A DNA stretch of 63,664 nt, counting the filler, from Conidiobolus incongruus B7586 (lineage: Eukaryota), in NCBI GenBank assembly GCA_000697335.1. It is 8 parts of 8 records of this genome, joined end to end, with 100 filler letters (N's around TTAATTAATTAA, not from the genome) between each part and the next. Parts side by side here need not be neighbours in the genome. Positions count along the whole stretch, not along the records: positions 42,795 to 54,113 come from JNEM01000159.1; positions 54,214 to 62,115 come from JNEM01000161.1; positions 62,216 to 63,664 come from JNEM01000191.1; 5 more parts are not named here. One strand, written 5' to 3'. Made by a program: the position numbers and the translations under genes. Below are positions 51,747 to 63,664 of this stretch, piece by piece. Below the pieces are notes generated by a model. That model was not told the DNA's origin, ran no database searches, and saw nothing but the letters and a program-made list of their open reading frames with translations. Numbering within the stretch: the stretch's first letter is position 1; each line of letters starts with the position of its first letter.

Positions 51747-52753
51747 ATGAGAGATTCATCAAGAGATTCTTATAGAGACAGTCGCAGTAGAAACTATTCT
51801 AGGAGGGATAGAGATCGAAGTGTTTCTTATTCTAGGTCTAGATCCAGATCAAGGTCTCCTTATTATCGTAGAAATGAAAAACGTTATAAGGACTGGGACC
51901 AACCTAGTGGTAAATTTAGCTAATTCATAATTTAATTTTACTTGTAATTTGACTCTTTGTTTAGATACTGAGCGCTCTCCAAGTTATACTCGTAGAAGAG
52001 ATTCTCACAGGCATCGTTACCCTTCACGCTCGCCTTCCCCACGCAGAGGAAGGGACAGAGAAGTTAGAAGACGTAGAAGAGATAGTAGAAGTATTTCTCC
52101 AAGATCCGATCGAAGTTTAAGTACCGAAAGACGTAGGCGGAGAAGGGAAAGAGAAAGGGAGAGTAGACCATTGAAGAGAAGGGACGATAGTTGGGAAGAC
52201 AGAAGAAGAGACCGTAAAAGAAGGGAATCTTCTTCACCAGGTAAATTTATATAATATCTTTTTTGACTATTTATTGATATTCTAAATTGTAGAGCGTGAA
52301 TCAAATAATCGGGATAGGTAATTTATCAGGATTTATTATTTTAAAAATCATTTTATATAAATATTGTTTAGATCTAAAGAACCTAGACCTCAATCAGCCA
52401 ATACTAATGGTAAGTATTCATGATATATTTAATGATAAATGATTGAACTCAATGATTTCATTTAGTTCCAAATGACGAATCTGAAGAAGCTCAAATGATG
52501 GCCATGCTGGGTTTCAGTGGTTTTGGATCTACTAAAGTAAGTACTTCTGTCTCTTAATATCAAAATCAACTAATAAAATTATCTCAGGGTCAACATGTTC
52601 CTGGTGCCGACGTTAGTGGTGCCGACGTTAGAAAACCTCGTCAATATCGCCAATATATGAATCGCAAAGGAAAATTCAATCAAGCTTTAAAAGAGGTATA
52701 CTTAATTGATTAATATTTTAAACCAACTGATTAATTATTTTATTTAGGCATAA
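51747..52753 (+). CDS. SNRNP27: U4/U6.U5 tri-snRNP 27 kDa RS-domain protein, 7 exons
   Basis: Exons 51747-51909, 51965-52240, 52293-52317, 52372-52409, 52466-52536, 52588-52695 and 52748-52753. RS-rich N-terminus; C-terminus MMAMLGFSGFGSTKGQHV...RQYRQYMNRKGKFN. Confidence 0.9.
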
Positions 52754-54669
52754 ATTTTGAGCACCTGCCATTTTTGTATAACTAAAACTAACACTTTTTA
52801 ATTTTGATTTATATCCAAGAGGAATTAAACTCAATTTTGAATGATATAAATTTAAACATTGCAATTTTTACATTAATCCCAGTTTATTTTTCAATCTCTT
52901 ATATGTCGAATTATATTTTATTAGTCTGTGTACTACTTTTGACATTAAAATATTAATTTATTTTCAATTATCAAATATATCAAATTATATATGTATTTTT
53001 AACATTACAAGTGAATTGAAAAATTAAATTATTTAACATTAAAAACAGTCTATATACTTATGTATTTTTATTCAATTATTTATATTTAAAATTATTAAAA
53101 ACCTGCTAGTAATCGCGGAAAATTATCATTCCCACGTTAGAACACAGCATTACCTACTTTAAAATAATGAAATACTTGGTATATATCGAATTTAAATGAT
53201 TGTTTTTATATATTTATTCCAAATCTTGATTTCTTTAATTTTTATTTTTGATATTTTCATAATTAGAAAAAATTGCTTAAATTCTCAATGAACTTAATCA
53301 AGATTTTTGGAATTAAATTAGAAATAATTATATAACCAATTACCATATTTTTCAATTAGCCATTTTTGAATAACTTTATTTTAAATAAATATTATAATTC
53401 AAACTATAAACCAAATATTAGAAATTATATTTTATGTAGATTTAAAATTATTTATAAAATTCATAATTGATTTAAAAAATTAAGATATAAATTATATCTA
53501 TATATTTATTATTATTTATAATTATTAGTTTTATTTTAAAATAATTTCAAAATATCACTATTAAATTTTCTGAGTTTGAAAAAATTATATATTTAGCACG
53601 ATATATTCAATATATAATATTTTCTCAGAATTTCCATTAATTTTTGATATATATTAATATTTATTCAAAGCCTAATTAAAATATTAATTTAATATACATA
53701 TAATGGATATAATTTTTTAATATTTTAATAAAAAATATAATATTAGTTGAATTTCTTTTACTCAAATATATAGGCATATATTTTTGACTTAGCTTCTGTT
53801 TTAAGAAAATATATCAGAATTTTATCTAATAATTTTAAATAATAAAAAAATAATAAATATAACCATATATATTTTTTATTGAATTATATTTTATTTAATC
53901 CTTGATATGGAATAACTAATTAATTTTTGAATTATCAATCCATTTCCAAAAAATATATTTTATATTAATATTTCAAATTTGAAAAATAAAATATAAATTT
54001 TATTTTCTAAATTACCAAATTCTTAAAAATATTAAATTAAAATATAATTATTAATATTATAATTTCTGATCTTAGTTAATATTATCATCTAAAGAAAATA
54101 TTATTGATATTAANNNNNNNNNNNNNNNNNNNNNNNNNNNNNNNNNNNNNNNNNNNNTTAATTAATTAANNNNNNNNNNNNNNNNNNNNNNNNNNNNNNN
54201 NNNNNNNNNNNNNTATATATATAATATTAATTTAAATTAATCCTAGTTTAATATCGAAATTATTAAATAAATTATTTACTAAGTAGTATTTTATATATTG
54301 TTAAATTCGAAATTAAAAATATTGGGATCAAATGTTTGATATTGCAAACATATAAAAATAATTAATAGTTAATATAATAAATAATTACTAGAATTAGTCA
54401 AATTTTGAAGTGAAAATATTATATGAGTTTGGATGAAGTTAGAATATTGACGATTTGATTTCTATTTATTATAATATATAAATAAAAAAAGGAAAAAGGG
54501 AGAAAACTGAATAAAGGAATAATAATAATAATTAAAGAAATTAAATAAAATTTTAAAATGTATTAAAATGAATTAAGAGTGTTTAAAAAAATTTAAAATG
54601 TGGATTAAAAATTGATATAAAAAAGTAAGAACTATCTTTTTATAGAAGATTTTATTTAACCTGAAGTAA

Positions 54670-54741
54670 TCCGATATGGTCCAGTGGTTAGGATTTCTCG
54701 CTTTCACCGAGACGGCCAGGGTTCGATTCCCTGTATCGGAG
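54670..54741 (+). tRNA. tRNA-Glu (TTC)
   Basis: Acceptor TCCGATA/TATCGGA, anticodon arm CTCG-CTTTCAC-CGAG, T-loop GGTTCGATTCC. Confidence 0.96.
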
Positions 54742-55265
54742 TACGTTACTCTCATCAATATTCATATTTTATATCTGATATAATTTCTTCGTACTTATTA
54801 TACTGTTAATTGAAATATTTTTTTTCTATTTTTTCATATAATTTCAAATAAATTTAGAATTTGATACGTTTGAATAATATCATTAATATTACATTTTTTT
54901 CTTTAGTTATATTAACAAAGCTTTGAATATTAATAATTTTAATTAATACTTTTTCAGAATATTAAAAAATGATAATAATAAAATGAAATAATTGGAAATT
55001 TAAACAAATTATTGAAATATATAATATAATATAAATAAAATAATTTAATATTGTATTATTGAATTATAAAAAATAATATTAATAAAAATTATTGGTATAC
55101 AATATCGTTAAATAAATAAATCATAATTAATGAATGAAAATAAATATCAATAAAATATATTACAAAAAAATATATATCAGAATATTAAAAAAAATATGAT
55201 TATAAATGGAGTAGGTAGAAAATGAAACAAAAATAATTGATTTAATTATGCCATTTTCATCAAGA

Positions 55266-55337
55266 GGGCTCGACTGGGAATCGAACCCAGGACCTCTCCC
55301 ACCCTAAGGGAGAATTATACCACTAAACCATCGAGCC
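55266..55337 (-). tRNA. tRNA-Pro (AGG)
   Basis: Minus strand GGCTCGA...TCGAGCC acceptor, anticodon arm CTCCC-TTAGGGT-GGGAG, T-loop GGTTCGATTCC. Confidence 0.95.
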
Positions 55338-56552
55338 TTAATTTGGAATATTTAAATTAGCATTATTATGTTTTATAATATTTTATACTCTACTTTCTCT
55401 TATTATTCAAAATCATTAATTTTCAACTAATTTTTTAATTAATAATTTCAACTCCCATGACCTTAATAAATGATTTTATTTATTAACATTTTTTTAATTC
55501 TAGAATTTATTAAACTTGATTATATCCATTATTATTTTTTTATTAGCCGTTCTCAATAATTGATCTTTTATTTAGCCCATTGTGTAATATGAAAGATAAT
55601 TTTGATAATTATATGAATAATCAATAATTGAAATATATATTATCATTATAGATGATTAATATTATATCAGTATTTTTATACTAAAATAATATTCGAAAGT
55701 AGATACAAATTTTAGAAATTTCAAGTATAATTATTGATTTTAATCTTAATATAATAATTACCGAGAATAAATTAAAATTTTCTAAAATAATAATAACAAT
55801 AATAATAATAATCTGAAATTATTACAAATCCAATTGAAAATTCAACAATGAGCAACAATAAATCTAACCCAATCTAAAAAAATTGCATAATAAAAATGTC
55901 AAATTCTACTACCAACTCCTTACACCCCCCCAACAAAGATAATATCATTCAACATAATATCAACATAAAGATCATCTTCAAAAACTCATTCAAATTTCAT
56001 CAAAATAAAGTTTTAAAATATCGAACGATAATGAAAAATTATTAACAGAGGTTTTTTTAACTTAATAGAGACTAAAGAAAAATTACGCAGGACAAACCAA
56101 ATCAATAAACCATTTTTAATACTAAAATCATACACTAAAAATTACCAAATAAATCTAAGGATGAAGGATGAACTACTACAACTACCAAATTCACCTCAAT
56201 TTCAAGTTAATTGCATTTAGGATAATTTATAAGAAATTAGAAGGGAGACAAATGGAGAATAATGATCAATTGACAAAATGGTTTTATTTTTTGGGTTCTA
56301 TATTATATCCATTATTAGGGTGTGATATGTTGGTTAGAAAATATGGTATGATTAGAATTATAATTATGATTAGTTAATTTTGTCATAATTTTAACTTGGT
56401 GGTTAAACTGGAATTGGTAGAGAGATCCTTTAGCAAATTGATTAGTATAAAAAATTATCAAAACAATAACCCCAATTGCCAATTATTGGATCACATTTTC
56501 AATATGCAATCCTACTAATTATTACCACCAATATTGCATGTAATTAGAAAAA

Positions 56553-57838
56553 TTATTCGAGGGTGACAGAAGCTTTGAGAGCACGATCCAAATCGGCAAT
56601 TAAATCGTTGACATCTTCGACACCGACGGAGACACGGATTAAAGTGTCGGTAATGCCCAAAGCTTCGCGAGCTTCGGGGGCGACGGCGGCGTGAGTCATC
56701 TTACTGGGGAGTTCAATTAAACTTTCGACACCTCCGAGAGATTCGGCGAGAGTGAAGAGCTTAGTGTGCTTGAGGAATTCTTCAGCGGTGTTACCGTCGC
56801 CCTTAATTTGGAAGGAGATCATTCCTGAGAAACCGCGTTGTTGCTTGAGGGCGAGCTCGTGTTGAGGGTGAGAAGGTAAACCGGGGAAGATGACCTTAGT
56901 GACATAGGGGGAGTTGCTCAAGTATTCAGCAATCTTGGTGGCATTGTTCATATGAGCTTGCATGCGGAGGGCAAGTGTTTTGACACCGCGGGAAGCTAAG
57001 AAACAGTCGAAGGGGGAGGGAACAGCGCCAATACAGTTCTGTTGGAATTTGAGATCGCCGTAGAATTGTTCGTTGTTGGTAACAGCTACACCCATAACGA
57101 CGTCGGAGTGTCCGTTGATGTATTTGGTGACACTGTGGACGACAACATCGGCGCCAAGAGTCAAAGGATTTTGGAAGTAGGGAGACAAGAAGGTGTTGTC
57201 AACAACTAATAATAAGTTGTATTCGTGAGCAATTTTAGCAACAGCTTCAATGTCAACTAATCTGAGAGTAGGGTTGGTAGGGGATTCAATCCAGACAAGT
57301 TTGGTTTCGGGTTTGACCTTGGATCTGAGATTTTCAGGTTGGCTAAGATCGACAAAATCGACAGTAATACCCTTGGTGCTAGCGACTTTGGTGAAGTAAC
57401 GGAAAGTGCCGCCATAAACATCATCTACAGAGATAATGTGAGAGCCTGTAGGGAGAGTATTAACAATGGAGGCCGTGACAGCAGATCCAGAAGAGAAGGC
57501 AAGACCTATTGGTTTTGTATAAATATCAAAAAATCAAAAATTATGAATATTAAATAACTTACCATATCTAGCTTTTTCTAAAGAAGCAATAGTAGTTTCA
57601 AATTGTTCTCTGTTGGGGTTACCAGCTCTAGAGTATTCATAACCCTAAATATTAAAGTTATAACTATGATCTCTAAAACTAAAAAACATTGAAAACTTAC
57701 GTGATGAGCACCGACGGCATCCATCTTATAAGTAGTAGCCATAGAGATGGCAGGGATGACAGCACCAGTACTTGGGTCGGGATCTTGACCGGCATGGATA
57801 GCTAAAGTAGCGAATTGGTATTGAGTTTGATGCACCAT
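56553..57838 (-). CDS. CYS3: Cystathionine gamma-lyase (PLP-dependent transsulfuration enzyme), 3 exons
   Basis: Exons 57838-57701, 57644-57563 and 57505-56553. Motifs TGAVIPAISMATTY, YEYSRAGNPNR, FSSGS, PLP-lysine HSVTKYINGHSD, LAESLGGVESL and LIRVSVGVE. Confidence 0.95.
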
Positions 57839-59791
57839 ATTGACTGATTATTATTATTATTTAAAAAATTATAAATTAAAAAAATTTCAAGGGGTACACT
57901 ATTTATATAATTGTGTTTACACCCACTACCCTAAAATTCATCATAAGTTGGTTTTATTTGTCATCGTTAAAATTAGTAATATTCGAAATTATTTAGAATA
58001 TCGGATCATGTTCAATTTATTTATAAATTAATTATATTTTGTTATATTATATTGATAATATTGTACCTCTTTAAATCCGAATATTTCACTTTTATAACAT
58101 ACCAATATATATCACTATTCAATACGCTATACTTTTTTGAACACTTATTATACATAAGTTACCTATCATAACCTAAATAGAAAAAGCTATTTTCAACCTG
58201 ATATCTAGTTCTAAAAAATTTCGAATTATTTCATTTGGCAGAGATACGAAAATTCTTCTGAGAACTTTTTTTTATATTTAATATGAAATATTCTCACATC
58301 TCTTTTGGATTTGCCTCACTTGTCAATACTGATAGTGGATTTGGCAAGCATCCAAAATGATATCTAATTACTAAGTGATAGTAGTGGTAAACAAGGAGTT
58401 TGAAGCCTTCATACTCAAACATCTGTATAATAATCTATAATTGATGTGCTAATAACTGTCAACAATGATACAATCCTATTCATTTCGTCACCAATTTAGA
58501 ATTTGTAATCAACATTGTTGAATCGTTTTAGCCACCTTTCAAGATTTGATTACAAATTCATCCACTATACAATGCAAATTCGTCATTCTAACAAAAATGA
58601 CGAATTTTTTCAAAAGATTAAAATTAACTTAATGAGTAAATAGCATAGATGATTTCATTTGATTATTTGAAATTATTTGTTGGGATGAGTTAGTAATTAA
58701 GTAGTAGAAAGAGGATTATATTAGTAGATTAGTTGATATATTTTTCTAATATAAAAGTTTATTTCACTATTTTCAAATAATTTGAAAGTTTTTTTTTCAT
58801 AATTATCAATATTTGATTGAAATTTTAAAGACTCAATTAAAAAAAATATAATTTGATTCATAATAAATCATTTGATCTAATATATTTCATTTGATTGTTA
58901 AATTCTATTACCTAAAAATTTCTAACAATATATTAATTACTACCTCCTCCACGTTATGATATCACGGCTATCCTTAAAGGAACCCTTGTATTTGTTTATA
59001 GTCATTGATGATTTGATTCGACTCTTTTGTAACTGGTCAAATATTGAGATGATTTCATCATGACAAGTTGGCTGAAATCTGAATTTTAAATATTCTGATT
59101 TGGATTATTGGTTTAAAAAAATTTTTTTTAAATTTTAAATTTGAATTAATTATTCTCAAAAAAAAAATAAACTGATTATTTTATCTTTTCTCTTGATGAA
59201 ATTTTAAATATATTTTTTTCACGATTTTTGAGGATCAACTATTAATAATCATTTTGTCAAATGATTTTGATAATAAAGATCCGAATATTCTTACAATTAC
59301 CAATTTAAGATATATTTACTTTAAGATAATTTTAACAAGTCTGAAGATTTAATGCCTGATTGAACTCGTTTTTGAACTAGAATTTATATAATTTAAAACT
59401 TGATTATAAATTTTTTTAAAAAAAAAGAATAAATATTTTGATTAATTTAAGAACTTGGGTACTAAATTAATTTAAATAAAATATTAATTAAAAAGAATTT
59501 AATTAATGAAATAAAATTATTGTAAATAATAATGATAAAATAAATGATTTATCTTAATATAAAAATATAAATTGAGTAAAGGATCTCAGAGAATAAAATT
59601 TAAAGTAAAATTAAAAATAATTTGATTACTTTAATTAATATAAATATTCAAATGGATTAATATTATTTCAAATATATCATTTGTAGTGTGAAATATAATT
59701 TACATAATAAAAAAATGATTGACAATGAAATATTTATTAAAATAAAAAAACTTAAAAAAAAATAAAATATTATTATTTGAAAAAAATCAAA

Positions 59792-59863
59792 CTCCGATAC
59801 AGGGAATCGAACCCTGGCCGTCTCGGTGAAAGCGAGAAATCCTAACCACTGGACCATATCGGA
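59792..59863 (-). tRNA. tRNA-Glu (TTC), identical to 54670-54741
   Basis: Exact reverse complement of the first tRNA-Glu. Confidence 0.96.
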
Positions 59864-61114
59864 TTATTTATTAGGATATCAATTCATCTCTATTATTTTT
59901 TAATTGTGTTACCAACTATCTACTTTTCCAAATACTGTTCTATTTCATTTTTACTAATACTTTTTTAATCTTATTTCACCATATTAATCTTATTAATATA
60001 AAATTTATATTTGCCTAATTTCCATTAATTACTCTAATTGTTTCTCTAATACTGATTCATTTAGCCCTCTTAATTTATATCACTTCATTATTCTTGTTAT
60101 ATGAAGTATTACCATCATCTAATCAATATATTTACTGCTATAAAATGAAACTTTCAAACAATCAAAGGCTATTTATAAAAAGTTCAAATGATTATATTGG
60201 AATATAACTTTAAAAAAATCTATGTGATAAAAAATATATCTTGCTATATATGAATTTAGATTTTAGATTATTATACATTAGTTATTTTTTTAAATCAAAC
60301 AAACTATAATATTAGTCAAAAATGTTTTGACATTAAATATGATTGAATTGATATTATATTTTAATTACAAACTAATTAAAAATATTACTGAGTTACTAAT
60401 TCAAAAAATTTATTATTAAATATGTCGATTAATTGAATTAAAATCATATATATAATAAATATTATTAAATTTCAATATATTGTTCAATTTACAATTAAAA
60501 TAAAAATAACAACTATATATATGAGTTATAGTTTAATTTTTTATATTAAGTATAATGTTAGAATGTGTTAAATTTTTATAACATTAATATCTTATTATAA
60601 TTTTTAATCATTAATTTTCAAAAATATTTTTTAACAATGGATATTTTATAAAATATAAAAACTTTAATATTGACTGATCTTTTTTTTAAAAAAAATAATA
60701 TAATTTACCCACAAAAATATGAAAATTGTTATATCAATTTAAAAATCTGTCAAACTCAAAATAGAAATCATTAATCATAAGGAAAAATATTTGGAAAGGG
60801 GTAAAATTCAAGATCCATTAAAGCAATGCTTATTGAATGAATTAGGTTAATGATATTGCATTATTAACCCTGATTGGGGCTCCAAGAGGTTATCATACAA
60901 ATAATAATATCATACAAATTATTAGGATAAAATTTTCTTACAAATTCTCATCCAAGTTTTATGATTTTAGTTATGGTGTGATTTAGAAATTAGGTGTGAA
61001 ATTGGTAAATAGGTTAAAGAATGCTAGTAATTTTTTAAGATGTTTATGAATTATGTCAATTGGCAAAGTCAAAGTCAGCCAGCATTTAAACGAAATGGTT
61101 ATCAAATATCATAG

Positions 61115-61655
61115 CATTGTAATTAAGAACATTATCTGTTTGAAAATTTCGCAATTCTTATAGGTAAAGAAACGGATCCCAGCAATGGTGCCGTAATTCC
61201 AACTATCTTTATGATTGCTGCCCATAAAGTAAACAATGCTGGGTCTCATCATATAATTTTTGACCTTTCCACATTCATAAAGATTGATTATAATATTTTT
61301 ATTTTTAGACTTATGAATACTTAAAATTCAATATCTTCAGCATATATCAAATTGATACTGCCATTGCAACTTTGGAAAACACTCGATATGGTGAGTTAAT
61401 CGAATATATTTATTTCGGATTTTGATTAATTAATAATGGTAGATCTCATATTAGCATCAGGATCTGCTGCAATTGCTCTCATTGTTAACACTCTCCCATC
61501 ACGTCAGCACATTATTTTAGCTTATGGAATTTATGGTGACACTTATCATTATCTCACAAAGGTAGTTTATACCAAGAGAATTAGTATTAATTTTATTAAT
61601 TTTATTGAACTTGTGAATATCAGATCAAAAATCAATTTATTACTCAAAATTTTTA
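61115..61655 (+). pseudogene. Truncated, diverged CYS3 duplicate retaining both intron positions
   Basis: HYLFENFAILIGKETDPSNGAVIPTIFM..GSHH | TYEY...AIATLENTRY | ..LASGSAAIALIVNTLP...YGDTYHYLTKV aligns with CYS3 exons 1-3. Early in-frame TAA, first donor is AT rather than GT (61253), and the PLP-lysine region is absent. Confidence 0.88.
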
Positions 61656-62115
61656 ATTAGAATTTTTTGAGATTGAAAATAAATCAAGATTTTAATATAT
61701 AAGTTAAAAAAATAAATATATATTCTAAATTCAATCCTCTCTTCTATTATTATTAACTCTTTGTTATATTTTTTGGTAAGTTTTTAACACTTAAAAAATA
61801 GATTTTTTAGAGAATAAAATTTATTGTTTTATATACTAATTTAATTTTTTATAGAAATTTTCTTACTTATAAGCTAATTATTTAATTATTTAAATTAATT
61901 TTAATTATATAAGTTATAATCTAATAAATATACTAAATATGGTATTTTTTTAATTAAAAATAATTAAAATATATTTTATAAGTTTGATTTTATATAATTT
62001 TTAATTATCTTATATAATAATAAATATCTTTATATTATATTAAAAATAATAATTAAAAGATATTCTATTTAAAAATCTATATAAAATTTATAAATAATTA
62101 ATTTTCACTTATTAA
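61655..62115 (-). mobile_element. Degenerate mariner transposon 3' portion, copy 3 (runs into gap)
   Basis: Minus strand IPYLVYLLDYNL (LPHPPYSPD..) and VKNLPKI*QRV (L..RWQKV). 61840-61950 aligns with 7840-7950 and with the reverse complement of 16570-16690. Confidence 0.65.
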
Positions 62116-63322
62116 NNNNNNNNNNNNNNNNNNNNNNNNNNNNNNNNNNNNNNNNNNNNTTAATTAATTAANNNNNNNNNNNNNNNNNNNNNNNNNNNNN
62201 NNNNNNNNNNNNNNNATATATTTAAATAATTTATTGAATTTTATATTTAAATTATTACTATTGCTTAATTTTTTAATAATTATTGTGAATATTAAACAAT
62301 ATATAAGAATAAGGAAGAAAATCCTTGCAAATATGTTAAATTAATTTGTAAAAAATATCATTTAGTTTTTAATAGACAAAGTTATTTAAAAAATAGAAAA
62401 ATTTTAAAAATATTATAAAAAGAGATTAATAACGTCAAAAATTATTAATATTATATATATATATATATATATATTAAAAAATATATTCAATTATATTAAT
62501 TAATTTATATGATTTTTAAAATGATATTTAGTTTGATTAGAATGATATTAAAATAATCTCAGTTATTATATTTTAGAATTTAAATCAGATATTATTTTAA
62601 TATATATAATAATTAATATATATGGCTTTATTTGTTAAATATTATAAATATAATAATTTCATAAGAAATATAAATTTAAGATATTCTATTTATTATATAA
62701 TAAATTTAATAAAATAAAGGTGATTATACTAATCAAATAAACCTATTACATTTTGGATTCTAGTATGTAATAACCAACACAAATGACATATATAGTGTAA
62801 ATTTTAAATTGCTATAATATTTCATTCAATTGTATTTTCTATATGAATTTTCTCTAAATCTACATCCTGATAAAGTGAAACATCAATAGATACTATAGAG
62901 GGTGATTTAAACCTTTGTTGTTTACAGTTCTGAAAGTTTCAGAATAATTTGAATTGATAATGGGATTAGTGTTGTTGGAAGTCATTTTTCTTTCGCATAA
63001 ATTTGTCAAGATTTGATTATAATCAGTCTACAATAAATTATAAAAACCAGAGATGTTTTCTTGCCACCAAAATAAATTATATGTATTTATAATATAGAAA
63101 ATGCAACTAAAAATATTAGTCACATATACCAAAACATTATCTATTAACAAAAACATGCCTAATTTTATGAGTCATATATACAACAGAGGGTAAAAGATTA
63201 CGTTGAATTGTGAAAATTAGTTATGATGTTAACATATTGTAAATGTCATTTGAGACATATTTGATTTGAATTGAATTTCATTTAAATTACATTACGCCAT
63301 GAATTATTGGTTGAACGGATTC

Positions 63323-63493
63323 ACTACTCGGATGATGGACCTTCAATACTATGTATTACATTGACGTTATTACTTTTAATTACTCGGATGATCGGACCTT
63401 AAATACTATGTATTACGTTAACGTTATTGCCTTTAATTCTTTGGATTATCGGACCTTCAATACTATGTATTAAGCTAATGTTATTACCTTTGA
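63323..63493. repeat. Tandem repeat, ~57-nt unit x3 (diverged)
   Basis: Unit tactcggatgat(c)ggacctt(c/a)aatactatgtattac.tt.acgttatt.c.tttaat starting at ~63324, ~63381 and ~63437. Confidence 0.9.
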
Positions 63494-63664
63494 CTTAGTA
63501 TAAATACTCTGGATTTTTTCTAATTAACATAGAATCACTTTTAATCAATATTAATCAATACTAGCTTCCTCTGCCTACGAATCGAAGCTGACAGCATATC
63601 GCTACTTACAAATATTAACAAACAGAATTATTTACTTTAGTCTACGCCCATGAATCACACTGAA

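Noticed and set aside
53104..53120. GCTAGTAATCGCGGA matches a conserved SSU (16S-type) rRNA motif
   Set aside because: Only ~15 nt and the flanks do not continue the rRNA; chance or an unprovable tiny organellar fragment.
54573..54758. Short ORFs overlapping the tRNA-Glu genes (also 59663-59857)
   Set aside because: Spurious frames through tRNA sequence.
63323..63493. CRISPR-like array
   Set aside because: Units abut without unique spacers, there are no cas genes, and the context is eukaryotic.

Overview
Very AT-rich eukaryotic (fungal) scaffold with short GT-AG introns of about 50-60 nt. The gene set (KRE6/SKN1, MDM12, ODC, RER1, A-T-R reductase) and its style suggest an early-diverging fungus, possibly Entomophthorales/Conidiobolus-like; this placement is inference only. 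Seven 100-nt scaffold gaps carry an artificial TTAATTAATTAA linker. Intact genes: a small SERTA-like protein, an NRPS-like A-T-R carboxylic acid reductase, a mitochondrial 2-oxodicarboxylate carrier, MDM12, RER1, a secreted GMC oxidoreductase, a KRE6/SKN1 GH16 protein, an S8 subtilisin, a Myb/SANT-like protein, SNRNP27, cystathionine gamma-lyase (CYS3) and three tRNAs (two identical Glu-TTC in inverted orientation, one Pro-AGG). The main hidden structure is in the AT-rich intergenic DNA. It holds at least three mariner transposon relics, one full length at about 1.27 kb, eroded largely by C>T/G>A changes (RIP-like). It also holds an intron-retaining CYS3 pseudogene that is cut off exactly at a mariner end, a kinase-like relic, several structured non-coding islands and a ~57-nt tandem repeat.
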